In this document: piece after piece, positions 10,220-19,541 of the stretch
Position numbering within the stretch: position 1 is the first letter of the stretch
Layout of the letters: each line of letters begins with the position of its first letter
Assembly: GCA_963675595.2 (NCBI GenBank)
Contig: CAXXLZ010000001.1
Span: 128,001 to 192,000, forward strand
From: Thermodesulfobacteriota bacterium
GTDB taxonomy: Bacteria > Desulfobacterota > Desulfarculia > JACQYL01
Direction: 5' to 3'
Length of the DNA stretch: 64,000 nt
The notes under the pieces: generated by a model
Databases searched by the model: none
Told to the model about the DNA's origin: nothing
The model's input: only the letters and a program-made list of their open reading frames with translations
Position numbers and translations under genes: made by a program

Positions 10220-10343
10220 GCAGACTGTCAAGAACGATGACATGCAAGGCGCGTAAATCTCGAGGAAGGAGGCGTACGTGGAAGTACGGCGCAATGACGA
10301 GGGACGAAGCGCAACGCCGAAGATCGTGTTTATCGCCGGCCTG
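10220..10343. repeat. Intergenic REP/MITE-like repeat of a type common in deltaproteobacteria
   Basis: ATGCAAGGCGCG...GAGGCGTAC...GTACGGCGCAATGACG...GCGCAACGC pattern recognised from memory; boundaries approximate. Confidence 0.55.
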
Positions 10344-10931
10344 TTACCGGATTCGGTCGAGGATCGTATCGATACCTCGACCGTTTTTGAGGCTTAAAGG
10401 AATGACTCCCGAAACCACCGGATCTAAAATCTTCGAAATCCTGTGGAGACCGGACTCATCCAGTGTTTCCGAATGACTGAGGGCCACCAGATCGGCGCCG
10501 TCGATCTGGCCGGTAAGCAGCAGACGCTTCTCCAACCAGTGTTTGTCGAAATCCGCACCGTTCACCAGAGTGATGAACGTCCCGGTTTCGTATTTCACGT
10601 CCCGTCGAGCCATGGCACAGACCATCTGCAATTCTCGAGTCACCACCAGGCCCGACGGTTCGACAAAGATGTAGCCGAACTCCCCGGTTCTGACAATCTC
10701 CTTAAGGCGAACCGCAAAACTGGACGCCAGTGAACAGCCCAGTCATCCGCCCCGAAGACGCTCCATGTAAACCGCGTGGTCGTCGACGAAACTCTGATCG
10801 TAAGCTTGCTCGCCCTCTTCGTTGACGATGACCGCGGACCGGGATCCCTCCCCGTGCAGTCGGGAAATTAATTCCCTGATCAAAGTCGTTTTTCCGCTTC
10901 CCGTAACGCCGGATATGGGGATCACCTTCAT
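10344..10931 (-). CDS. CobW/COG0523-like GTPase with in-frame UGA (probable selenocysteine)
   Basis: ORFs 10743-10931 and 10344-10646 are one frame (588 nt) joined through TGA at 10743-10745: GVTGSGKTT...VNEEGE...RGG-U-LGCSL...FVEPSG; the UGA aligns with the first Cys of GGCICC in the neighbouring paralogue. Confidence 0.85.
10709..10742 (-). promoter_or_regulatory. Bacterial SECIS-like hairpin
   Basis: ACUGG-CGU-CCAGU hairpin (10731-10719), loop starting 16 nt after UGA with G followed by U; possible lower stem GGGCUGU/GCGGUUC. Confidence 0.6.
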
Positions 10932-11449
10932 GGTTCGGGGTCCGCCTCCTGTTCCGTATCCTTGAACTGCTCTTCCAGTTGTTTGATGAAATCCTGTTTT
11001 GAGGCGGTGAAATCGAATTCGTCGAAGTAGGTGTGTTCCTTTTCCTTGTCCACGGTGAGGCCTCTACCTTCGGCGATCTCGTGGATTCCTTCCAGAGTGG
11101 CCGCTTTCACTTCCTCTTCACGGATACCCTGTACGATGCTGTTCACGGCCATATACAGCTCCGCCACCGGATGGGAGAGGTGTCCGGAAGAATACGCGCC
11201 GTGGGAGACTCCGATGGTATCCGCCTTCATGGTTCCGGCTTCACTCATGATGTGCGATTTGATGTGCCCGATGCAGCGGGCGCCCCGGGCCATACATTTG
11301 TTCGCGATGGAAAGCATCATGGTTTCAGCCAGATTCTTTATCTGGGTCTCATCCAGAGGGGTGGGATGACTCACTTTCACCGCGACACCGTACCCACTCA
11401 CTCCGTGTTCGGTATAACAGCCCTTTTCCGCCGTCAAGGGGTCCGTCAT
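10928..11449 (-). CDS. Hypothetical protein associated with CobW-like GTPases
   Basis: C..RGARCIGHIK motif; overlaps or abuts both GTPase genes. Confidence 0.75.
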   Translation of the reverse strand: MTDPLTAEKGCYTEHGVSGYGVAVKVSHPTPLDETQIKNLAETMMLSIANKCMARGARCIGHIKSHIMSEAGTMKADTIGVSHGAYSSGHLSHPVAELYMAVNSIVQGIREEEVKAATLEGIHEIAEGRGLTVDKEKEHTYFDEFDFTASKQDFIKQLEEQFKDTEQEADPEP

Positions 11450-11453
11450 GGCC

Positions 11454-12068
11454 TTACTCCTTCCATGTCATGATGAGCTCTTTGACCCGATCCACTCCTT
11501 CACCGGAAAACGTGGACAAACGAAGGAGCTCCGCATCGGGATTGAGTTCTTTGATCTTGCTTTCCGTACCGTCCAAAGTGCCCGGGTCCACAGCGTCCAC
11601 TTTGCTTACGGCAACGACATTGGCGTCTTTGACCTGCGTAGTGACGAGTTGGCCCAGGGCGTCCATATCCAACAGCTCGGCCGGTCGGGTGGCGTCGAAT
11701 AGAACAATGGCCGGTCCGAGGGCGATCTTGGCGTCGCGTCCCCCCATCCTTGCGGCCAACTTGACCTGATGAGGAACGGCCACCCCGGTGGGTTCCACCA
11801 GCACGTGGTCGGGGTTGAATTCCCGGTAAAGGGCGTAAATCGTCTTGGCGAACGTGGCGGCGACTTCGCAGCAGATGCATCCTCCTCCGATATCCTTAAC
11901 TCGGAGTCCGGTTTCTTCGATGATTTTTCCGTCAACGGGAATCTCTCCGATTTCGTTGACCACAAGCGCGACTTTCTGTTCTCCGTGTCCGGCCAATTCC
12001 CTGGAAAGCCTCAGCAGCAAAGTGGTCTTTCCACAACCCAAGAATCCTGCGATCTGCGTGATTTTCAT
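11454..12068 (-). CDS. CobW/HypB/UreG (COG0523) GTPase metallochaperone
   Basis: AGFLGCGKTT, VNEIGE, GGCICC, VEPTGVA, SKVD; ATG at 12068. Confidence 0.92.
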   Translation of the reverse strand: MKITQIAGFLGCGKTTLLLRLSRELAGHGEQKVALVVNEIGEIPVDGKIIEETGLRVKDIGGGCICCEVAATFAKTIYALYREFNPDHVLVEPTGVAVPHQVKLAARMGGRDAKIALGPAIVLFDATRPAELLDMDALGQLVTTQVKDANVVAVSKVDAVDPGTLDGTESKIKELNPDAELLRLSTFSGEGVDRVKELIMTWKE

Positions 12069-12744
12069 GGACCATCCCTTCTCGACGCGTGCAAACGAAT
12101 CCCCATTCGCGGACCAATCCGCCAATCTCGTTGGAGAACAGTGAACGTCGGCGTTACAGATGAAAGATGGAAACACGGGTGCGCCGGGCATCGTGCGTAG
12201 CCCGGATCGGAATTACTGGGTGGGTTCCGGTATGAAGAACCTGATGTCTGGTCAAGCTGCAAGATCAACCCTGCTCGAATAACCTGCATGAGGGACTGCG
12301 CTGTGTGACCTTCGATTTCCGGTGAACCGAGGTGAGAACACCGTCGGATAGCGGGTACTTCCCGCCCTCCGGAAAACCGGAATTTTCCAATGAGCTTACG
12401 GCGGCGCCTTTCAGCTATCCGGTACTCGAGGTGAAATCGGCGCCGTACGTTTGATTCCTGTACCTCCCAACGTCTATTGGAATCTTGTATAGACCTTATA
12501 AGAATAAGTACTGCAACCGGCATTGTCAATGAGATCACACTTCCCCAACAGACCGTTGAAAGAAACCGGTTGCTGCGGGCCGCCGAGTCATGGACGGATC
12601 GCCGGGGCGGGCGGGGAGGACCGTTTACAGACGGCCCTCGCAGGGCATCGTTCGTTGTTTCTTCCCAAAGGGTCGAGGAGCACACGGTGTAGTCGCTCCC
12701 CGACCTTGGCGGGCGACCGGATTCAATCGGCCGGGAGTTCGACG

Positions 12745-14187
12745 TCACTCATGCCGGCCGGTGGGGATTGGGTCCGGGTCATCTTCATTCCGACGGAGAG
12801 GTATGTCCCATTTCTTCATGTACTTCCAGATCGCCGTGCGGCTGAGCCCGATCCTGCGTGCGACCTCCGCCTTGTTCCAGTCGCAAACCTCCAGCTCCTC
12901 GACCAGCATCTTCTTGGTCGGTTTCTTTCTTCGGGCCGATGCATGTTTGGATTCGGAGCGGGGCGTTGAACAAATCGGCGTTTGTTCGGGCCGCCGAACT
13001 TCGACGGGAAGATCCATGGGCTCTATTGTCACCCGGTTACACAGAACAAATGCATGTTCGACGGCGTTTTCCAGTTCGCGCACGTTGCCGGGCCAATCGT
13101 AATCGATCAGCATTCGCATGGCCTCCTGAGACAGGTTCTGGATTTTCTTGCCCGTCTTTTCGTTCATTATTTTGATGAAATGGCTCACCAACAGAGGAAT
13201 GTCTTCACGACGCTCCCTTAAAGGGGGAATTGAGATGGGAAACACCTTGAGGCGGTAGTAGAGGTCCTCACGAAATCGTCCCTCCCTCACCATGGCATAC
13301 AAATCCTGATGGGTGGCGGTGATGACGCGTATATTGATCTTGCGCCTTTTCGAGTCTCCCACCCGTTCGACCTCCCGTTCCTGCAACACGCGTAGGAGTT
13401 TGACTTGAATGAAGGGCGTCAGTTCTCCGATTTCGTCAAGGAACAAGGTCCCTCCCTCGGCTTGCTCGAATCGGCCGACACGATCCCTGACCGCGCCGGT
13501 ATAGGCGCCCTTCACATGGCCGAAAAGTTCGCTTTCCAGAACCGATTCGGAGAGCGCGCTGCAATTGACGACCACCAGCGGGGCGCTCTTTCGATCACTG
13601 CGGTAGTGAATGGCTCCCGCCACCAACTCTTTGCCGGTTCCGCTTTCGCCCTGGATCAGAATCGTGGCGTCGCTGGCGGCCGCCGCGCGTATGGTGGAAA
13701 ACACCTGCTGCATGGGGCGACTCCGCCCGATGAGATTGTCTATGCGATGAATCTCGGCCAGCCGAAGCGTTGCCTCTTCCGCCTTTTTTCGGGCCAGGTT
13801 AAGCTCGGTCAGGTCGGCCACCGTTTCCACGACTCCAATGGCCTTCCCTTTGCTGTCTCGGACCACCCCGGCATTTTTGATGACCGATACCTCATGGCCG
13901 TCTTTGTGCCTGAGTCGGCATTCTTTGGCTTCGGAGGTATCTTTCTGAAGAATACCGCACTTATGGAATCCGGACGGACACGCCTTTCCGAAGCACTGCG
14001 AACATTGCAGCAGCTCACAGGTACGACCCAAGGCTTCCTTCGAGCTGTAACCCGTGATACGCTCCATGGAACCGTTCCAGGAAGATATCCGACCGTCGGC
14101 GTCCAACGTGAAGACCCCGTCCGCCATGCAGTTGAGTATCCGGTTTACGAATCGGATGTCCCAGAGGCTGTATGTTTGACCGTTCAT
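12745..14187 (-). CDS. PAS-domain sigma54-dependent Fis-family transcriptional activator
   Basis: N-terminal PAS with Cys cluster (CSQCFGKACPSGFHKC), GESGTGKELVA, GAYTGA, FLDEIGE, WPGNVRELEN, C-terminal HTH. Confidence 0.95.
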   Translation of the reverse strand: MNGQTYSLWDIRFVNRILNCMADGVFTLDADGRISSWNGSMERITGYSSKEALGRTCELLQCSQCFGKACPSGFHKCGILQKDTSEAKECRLRHKDGHEVSVIKNAGVVRDSKGKAIGVVETVADLTELNLARKKAEEATLRLAEIHRIDNLIGRSRPMQQVFSTIRAAAASDATILIQGESGTGKELVAGAIHYRSDRKSAPLVVVNCSALSESVLESELFGHVKGAYTGAVRDRVGRFEQAEGGTLFLDEIGELTPFIQVKLLRVLQEREVERVGDSKRRKINIRVITATHQDLYAMVREGRFREDLYYRLKVFPISIPPLRERREDIPLLVSHFIKIMNEKTGKKIQNLSQEAMRMLIDYDWPGNVRELENAVEHAFVLCNRVTIEPMDLPVEVRRPEQTPICSTPRSESKHASARRKKPTKKMLVEELEVCDWNKAEVARRIGLSRTAIWKYMKKWDIPLRRNEDDPDPIPTGRHE

Positions 14188-14324
14188 TTCCTCCCATTCT
14201 CCTGCTATGTTTACGTTAAGTTAACGTTACCTTTCATTCTTCCTCCAATAATCGTTTCTCAAGCGTCTGTCAATTACCGGTAAATATCTAGCTATAACAA
14301 TTGGTTGTGCGCTTAATACAACTT

Positions 14325-14339
14325 GGGCACGAGATTTGC
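14325..14339 (+). promoter_or_regulatory. Sigma54 -24/-12 promoter for the thioredoxin gene
   Basis: GGGCACGAGATTTGC matches TGGCACG-N4-TTGC; IHF-like TAACAATTGGTTG at 14295-14307; divergent from the sigma54 activator. Confidence 0.75.
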
Positions 14340-14593
14340 CCGGATTAGGGTTGAACCACGCAATCCGGCTTCGGACCGTGGCGTCCGTCGGCCGGATGAT
14401 CAAGGATTTTTCGTCGATACGGGAACGTGTGGAGGCCGTCGTTGTGCGATGGAACAAAAGGGCCTTTCAACCCGGGTCCCTGTGACGCGGCGGATTCGGA
14501 GATCGATTTTCCGCCTGCCGGGCTCTCAGTCCCGGCCGATGCCCCTCCGGCGGACGTCGACATCGGATCAGCTCAGATCGGAGGCGTTCAACG

Positions 14594-14920
14594 ATGAAAA
14601 TAGAATCGAGGGAAGAATTCCATGACGTCACCCAACAAGGCGTCGCGCTCGTCGATTTCAATGCCGCGTGGTGCCCGCCCTGCCGGGCCCAGAAATCGAC
14701 CCTTCAAGAGCTGGAAAAAACCTACAAAGACAGAGCGACCATTGCGGAGCTCGACGTTGATGAACACGTGGAAATCGCAACGGATCACAGTATTCAGAGC
14801 GTCCCCACCCTGATTCTCTTCAAGGCGGGTACGGAGATTCGCCGATTTATCGGACTTCACAGTTGGGAGACGTTGTCACAGGCGGTGGAAAAGGCATTGG
14901 AAGACGGATCGGCAATATAG
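14594..14920 (+). CDS. trxA: Thioredoxin
   Basis: VDFNAAWCPPC, IQSVPTLILFK; GGAGG RBS. Confidence 0.92.
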   Translation: MKIESREEFHDVTQQGVALVDFNAAWCPPCRAQKSTLQELEKTYKDRATIAELDVDEHVEIATDHSIQSVPTLILFKAGTEIRRFIGLHSWETLSQAVEKALEDGSAI

Positions 14921-15004
14921 GACGGAGGCGAACTCGGATGTGCCCCGGTGAGGAACGCCCCAATGGGAGGCGTTCCTCGCTTCAATCGGCGCCATGCGCG
15001 ACGA

Positions 15005-16360
15005 TCAGCGCACCGCGGCGCGGAGCATGTTCAATACCTGGTTGGACGCATCGATGAGCGGATGCACCGTGGGTGCCGGTGTGAGCAGCGGATGGGTGGC
15101 CAGCTGCATCATTTCGATCTCCCGCACGGTTACCTTCTTCTGAATGCCCAAGGCGACGAGGTTGACAAGTTCTCCCACCGAAGGTCCGCCGGACATCTGG
15201 CCTCCCAGCAGAATGCCGGATCGATCCGCGAACACCAGCTTGAGTTTCATGGGCAAAGCTCCGGGCAGGGTTCCGGGATGATGATCCGGAGCGGTCGACG
15301 TGGCGGTCAGGTAACGAAATCCTTCCTTCTCACATCCGCGGCAGGTCATGCCGGCGCTGGCGAAAGATCGGCTTCCGATCTTGGTCGAGAAAGCGGCGAT
15401 GGTGCCTTGAATCTGACGGATTACCCGGATTCCATAGATGTTGATGCCGGCTACGCGGGCTTCCGCCGTAGCGGTGGAAGCAAGCCACACCGGAACGGCC
15501 CGCCGTGTGAAGAAGTCTCGCTTGAGCGCGCAATCGCCCACGGCAAATACGCCCTCCGCCGAGGTTCGCATGTAGTCGTCCACCCACACGGAACCTCCAT
15601 CGGCCAATCTCAGTCCCGCTTCTTCAGCCAACCCGCTGTTGGGTTTGCCTCCGATGCCGACCAACACCATGTCCGCGGGGATGCTTTCCCCTCCCGCGAG
15701 GGTAACGGATGTCACTTGGCCGTCGCCGTCTATGGATTGCACCGTGCTTCCCAAATGGAGTCGCACGCCGGCGGCGTCGAGTTCACCGGTCGCCTCGTCG
15801 CAGAATTCGTCGTCAAAGGCCGTATACATGATTTTGGGCATGATCTCCGCCACATGCACCTGCGTATCCGGAGAGTGGGACAACTCGTCGGCGAACTCGG
15901 CGCCGATAAAGCCGCCTCCGATGATGACCACGTTTTTCGCTTTACGCGCTTCTTCTCGGAGCGCGACCATTTGGGCCATGCTCTTTTCGATGGTGTGCAC
16001 ACCTTTCTTGTCTCCGCCCGGTATGGGGGGCATGCCGGGACGCAGTCCGGTGGCCAGCACCAGGCGTTCGAAGGAGACGTCGCCTTTGTTTTGGAGCTTC
16101 ACGGCGTGCTTTTCGAGGTCCAGAGACAGGGCGGAATCCACGAGTACATCGATCCCCGCATTTTGGAGCGGGAGGTTTCCCATGGCGTTCTGAGCGGGAT
16201 CGGACATGGTGTTCATCATATAAGGAATGGCACACGGTATGACGCCGTCCCCGATCTGCTTGACCACGCACACCGATTTGTCCGGGTACACGTTCTTGGC
16301 GGTCAGCGCCGTTATGACACCGGCGGGTCCTCCGCCGATGATGACGATGTGGTAAAACAT
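15005..16360 (-). CDS. FAD-dependent pyridine nucleotide-disulfide oxidoreductase (NADH oxidase/CoA-disulfide reductase family)
   Basis: IIGGGPAG, redox Cys in PCAIPY, LVLATG, IIGGGFIG, FAVGDCA, dimerisation domain. Confidence 0.9.
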   Translation of the reverse strand: MFYHIVIIGGGPAGVITALTAKNVYPDKSVCVVKQIGDGVIPCAIPYMMNTMSDPAQNAMGNLPLQNAGIDVLVDSALSLDLEKHAVKLQNKGDVSFERLVLATGLRPGMPPIPGGDKKGVHTIEKSMAQMVALREEARKAKNVVIIGGGFIGAEFADELSHSPDTQVHVAEIMPKIMYTAFDDEFCDEATGELDAAGVRLHLGSTVQSIDGDGQVTSVTLAGGESIPADMVLVGIGGKPNSGLAEEAGLRLADGGSVWVDDYMRTSAEGVFAVGDCALKRDFFTRRAVPVWLASTATAEARVAGINIYGIRVIRQIQGTIAAFSTKIGSRSFASAGMTCRGCEKEGFRYLTATSTAPDHHPGTLPGALPMKLKLVFADRSGILLGGQMSGGPSVGELVNLVALGIQKKVTVREIEMMQLATHPLLTPAPTVHPLIDASNQVLNMLRAAVR

Positions 16361-16827
16361 GGTTGATCCTCCTTGATATATTCATGCGCCCGAATCCTAG
16401 ACCTCGGGCGTTTGGTTCCAAAGGACGAGCAAGACCCGTTCCAGAATTCGAACCGGCTGCGTCTCGTGTAAGTTGTTGCCGTGAATAAAAAATTCGAACG
16501 TAGTCCATAATCCGCCGAGAGCCCTCTTCCCGTCCGCGTCCGGTCTCTTTGCGCGGTGTAAAGGAAACCGCCGGCGAGGCTCTCACCTCGGAACGCCTTC
16601 CCTCATTCGCCCAAATCCGTTCCTCGGTCGCCGAGATTGCCTGCCGGCTCATCCCGGTGCACCCAATCCCCGGGATCGCGAGATCGCGGGTGAACAGGAG
16701 GCAACGTTACCTAGGGTTACGGTAACGCAGGTAACGCTCGGGGGGCGGGCCGCTCTTGAACCGCTTCGTATCGTGGATGTGCTGTAACCTATTGTCGCGG
16801 CACCATGAATCGTCATTCGTCATGGAG

Positions 16828-16842
16828 TGGCATGGAAGTTGA
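16828..16842 (+). promoter_or_regulatory. Probable sigma54 promoter for the outer-membrane barrel gene
   Basis: TGGCATGGAAGTTGA (near TGGCAC-N5-TTGC) with upstream GTTAC/GTAAC repeats at 16703-16735. Confidence 0.55.
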
Positions 16843-17227
16843 CTTGTCGTTGGGGGACGGACATCAAAACCCGGGCGGCGGGGTGCACAAAAGAACCCTG
16901 CAAACGCAGGAACGGCCGTTCCGCAGAATTCATGGCGCCCGGAGATATCGGGAATCGTTCTCAACGGAATCCGCCGTGTCCGCAAGTGCTTCGAGAGGGA
17001 GGAGGGCGGGAGGCCCCCTCGAAGGCTTTGCCCGACGTGCGCCGACGGAGCGTCGATCGTGTCCGGTTGCCGCGGGCCGCTCTTTCCGTCGTGCCGACAA
17101 CGTCGGAAGTTCAAGAACCACGGATGCAAGGAGGACTCGTGCCGTCCGGCGGTCGGTAGCGCAGGGCGTCGTTCGGAACCATGGGGACCGCTCGTTGAAC
17201 CGGTCATAAGGAGAAAGGAGAAGGCTG

Positions 17228-18109
17228 ATGCGAAGAGTCGTGGTGGCGATTGGATTGCTGTGTATGATTTTTTCATTGACCGCCGTTCAGACGGCGACGG
17301 CCGCGCCTGGGTTGTTGATGACGGCGAGTCGTGACGGATTCTGGTCCAACCAGTTTCCCGACGAACTGATTCTGCTGGTGCATGGTTATTACTACTGGGC
17401 GGATGAATTTGCCGACGACAACGGCGACAATCAGGACATGAACGATACCAAGGTGGGAATCAATCTGTACCGTTTGATCAAGCCGTGGCACTTCGGCGAT
17501 CATAATCAATATCAATATGTGCTGGAGGGCATTTTCGGGCTTGAAAACGTGAGCATCGACAACAACGGTATCGGTTCGAACTTCAACGAATCGGGCATCA
17601 TGAATCCGATGATCTACACGTCCATTGGATGGAACAACGAGAGCCAAACGACGCATCTCCAGTTCGCCGTAGTGCTCGTGGCTCCCTATGGCGACGACGA
17701 CCTGAAACTCAATCCCGGAGACGACAGCTATCAGGTCATGCCGCTGGTGGCTCTCGAACAACGGTTCGGACCGTTCTGGATCGATGGATCGGCCGGGTAC
17801 TATCATTATTTCGATGACCTGCACGACGACAACACCAACGGGAAGGACTATTTTGAGGTAAACGTGACCCCCAGCATGCACTTCGGACCTGTGGCGCTCT
17901 ATGTGCAGGGCGATTACACGAACACGCTCGAAAGCACCGTGTACGACGTGGACCAGGGCGATTCCGGCTATAATTTCGCCATCGCTCCGGGCGTCCATTG
18001 GTGGTTCTTACCCAACATGGAAGCCAATTTGAAGTATTTCAGGGACATCGCGGGAAAGAACGAAATGCAGGGACAAGGGGTCAACTTCCGCCTCATGTGG
18101 ATATTCTGA
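17228..18109 (+). CDS. Outer-membrane beta-barrel, transporter/phenol MetA-like family
   Basis: Signal peptide, alternating beta strands, APYGDDD...NPG, C-terminal aromatic residue (LMWIF). Confidence 0.75.
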   Translation: MRRVVVAIGLLCMIFSLTAVQTATAAPGLLMTASRDGFWSNQFPDELILLVHGYYYWADEFADDNGDNQDMNDTKVGINLYRLIKPWHFGDHNQYQYVLEGIFGLENVSIDNNGIGSNFNESGIMNPMIYTSIGWNNESQTTHLQFAVVLVAPYGDDDLKLNPGDDSYQVMPLVALEQRFGPFWIDGSAGYYHYFDDLHDDNTNGKDYFEVNVTPSMHFGPVALYVQGDYTNTLESTVYDVDQGDSGYNFAIAPGVHWWFLPNMEANLKYFRDIAGKNEMQGQGVNFRLMWIF

Positions 18110-18765
18110 GTTCAGACCGGGCCGAACCCCTCGGACCGACTGCGGCCTTAGCGGGTGCGTCCGGAACGAGGTGAAGGGGCTTCGGAAGTAACGACGAGTT
18201 TCGTGTCCTCCTTGGATCGCGGGATCGGGCCTACAAGGCCTGGTCCCGTTTTTTTTCATTCACCGGGCGCCTGGAAAATGCCGTGTCGGCCTCGGATGCT
18301 CCATCGTTGTGACGGCGGATCTCCCGAACAAAGAGAAGACCCGCGTGGTTTCTCACCCGGCGACCCCCTGAACAATAAGCCATTCGTAATAATTCACTGG
18401 GTCGTCGGGGGACCCATGTTCCCCGGACCTCCTCATGCGGGGTTCGTCCCGCTGAAGCGTGACGAAGCCGAACCAGGGAATTCCTTTGCCGATTCAAGAG
18501 GTTTAGGGAATGTTGAAAATCAGTGAGGAAAGCCGGCTCTCCCTCAGCCTCTCCGGCGGACGGGCTTCCTGTTGAAACCAACTCGGGGTCGGGGAAATCT
18601 CAGGGCGGAGAGCATGCCCGCAAGGCCGACGGTCGTGGGAAAAGTGGAGGAAAGCGAAACACCCGGACCGTGCCGCGGTGACGTGCCGAAAAACGATCGG
18701 GGAACCTTTGTGCAAGGTTCCCCGAATTCAAAGCGGCTATTGATGGATTGATGAAAGGCGAACGA

Positions 18766-19155
18766 CTACTTCTTCATCGTGTCGTCCTTCATGGTTTCCT
18801 CTTTCATCATCCCGCCTTCCATCTTGTTCTTTTCCATCATCATGTCTTTTTTCATCATATCGTCTTCGCGGACGAGCACACCGGGTCTGTACTGAAATTC
18901 GATGCCCGTGGTGGGATCGACCCACGTTTCGGCCGTGCCTTCCTTCTTGATCAGCTTACCGGGTTTGTATTCGAACCGGATTCCAGTGGAAGGGTCCACC
19001 CAGGTCTGGGTTTCCGTCTTGTCCATCTTCAAGGGATCGGACGTCTCGATCTTTTGGCCCGTGGTGCTGTCCACCTTTTCCATGCACAGGGCGGCTCCGC
19101 TGAAACAGGTTACCAGAAACAATGCCGACAACAATACCAGCCATTTTTTCGTCAT
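18766..19155 (-). CDS. Exported protein with duplicated WVDP.TGI.F.Y.PG module and Met/Lys-rich (MXKDX-like) tail
   Basis: Signal peptide; two internal repeats; tail DDMMKKDMMMEKNKMEGGMMKEETMKDDTMKK. Confidence 0.75.
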   Translation of the reverse strand: MTKKWLVLLSALFLVTCFSGAALCMEKVDSTTGQKIETSDPLKMDKTETQTWVDPSTGIRFEYKPGKLIKKEGTAETWVDPTTGIEFQYRPGVLVREDDMMKKDMMMEKNKMEGGMMKEETMKDDTMKK

Positions 19156-19541
19156 AATCTGGATCCTCCTAATCTTGATGTGAACGATTCTCGGGCGATC
19201 GATTCACCCGATGCATTCCTTAGGGGCTCACGTTGACGCCCATTTCCTTCCCTTTCAAGGACAATGCCAATCCAGTCTAACTCGGAGCCGACAACGCGGC
19301 AATACAGTGGAGACTCTATATTCCGTGAGCATTCGGCGTGTTGTCGCGAGAAGCTGAGCCGCGGCAAACGAGGGCTTTCTCGCGCGTCCCGGCTTGCATA
19401 CCTGGATCTCATGAGATAGGCTGGAAACCTTATCGGAATATCGAGAGAATCAAGGGGAAATGATCCTGAGCCGGGGTCCAAAGGCCACGGGCGGATCCGT
19501 CCCGATATGATTCCCAATGATCGTCAAGGTACGGAGATTTC

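Noticed and set aside
10743-10745. Nonsense mutation making the second CobW gene a pseudogene
   Set aside because: The TGA falls exactly on a conserved Cys, is followed by a SECIS-like hairpin, and the rest of the frame is intact; Sec is the better explanation.
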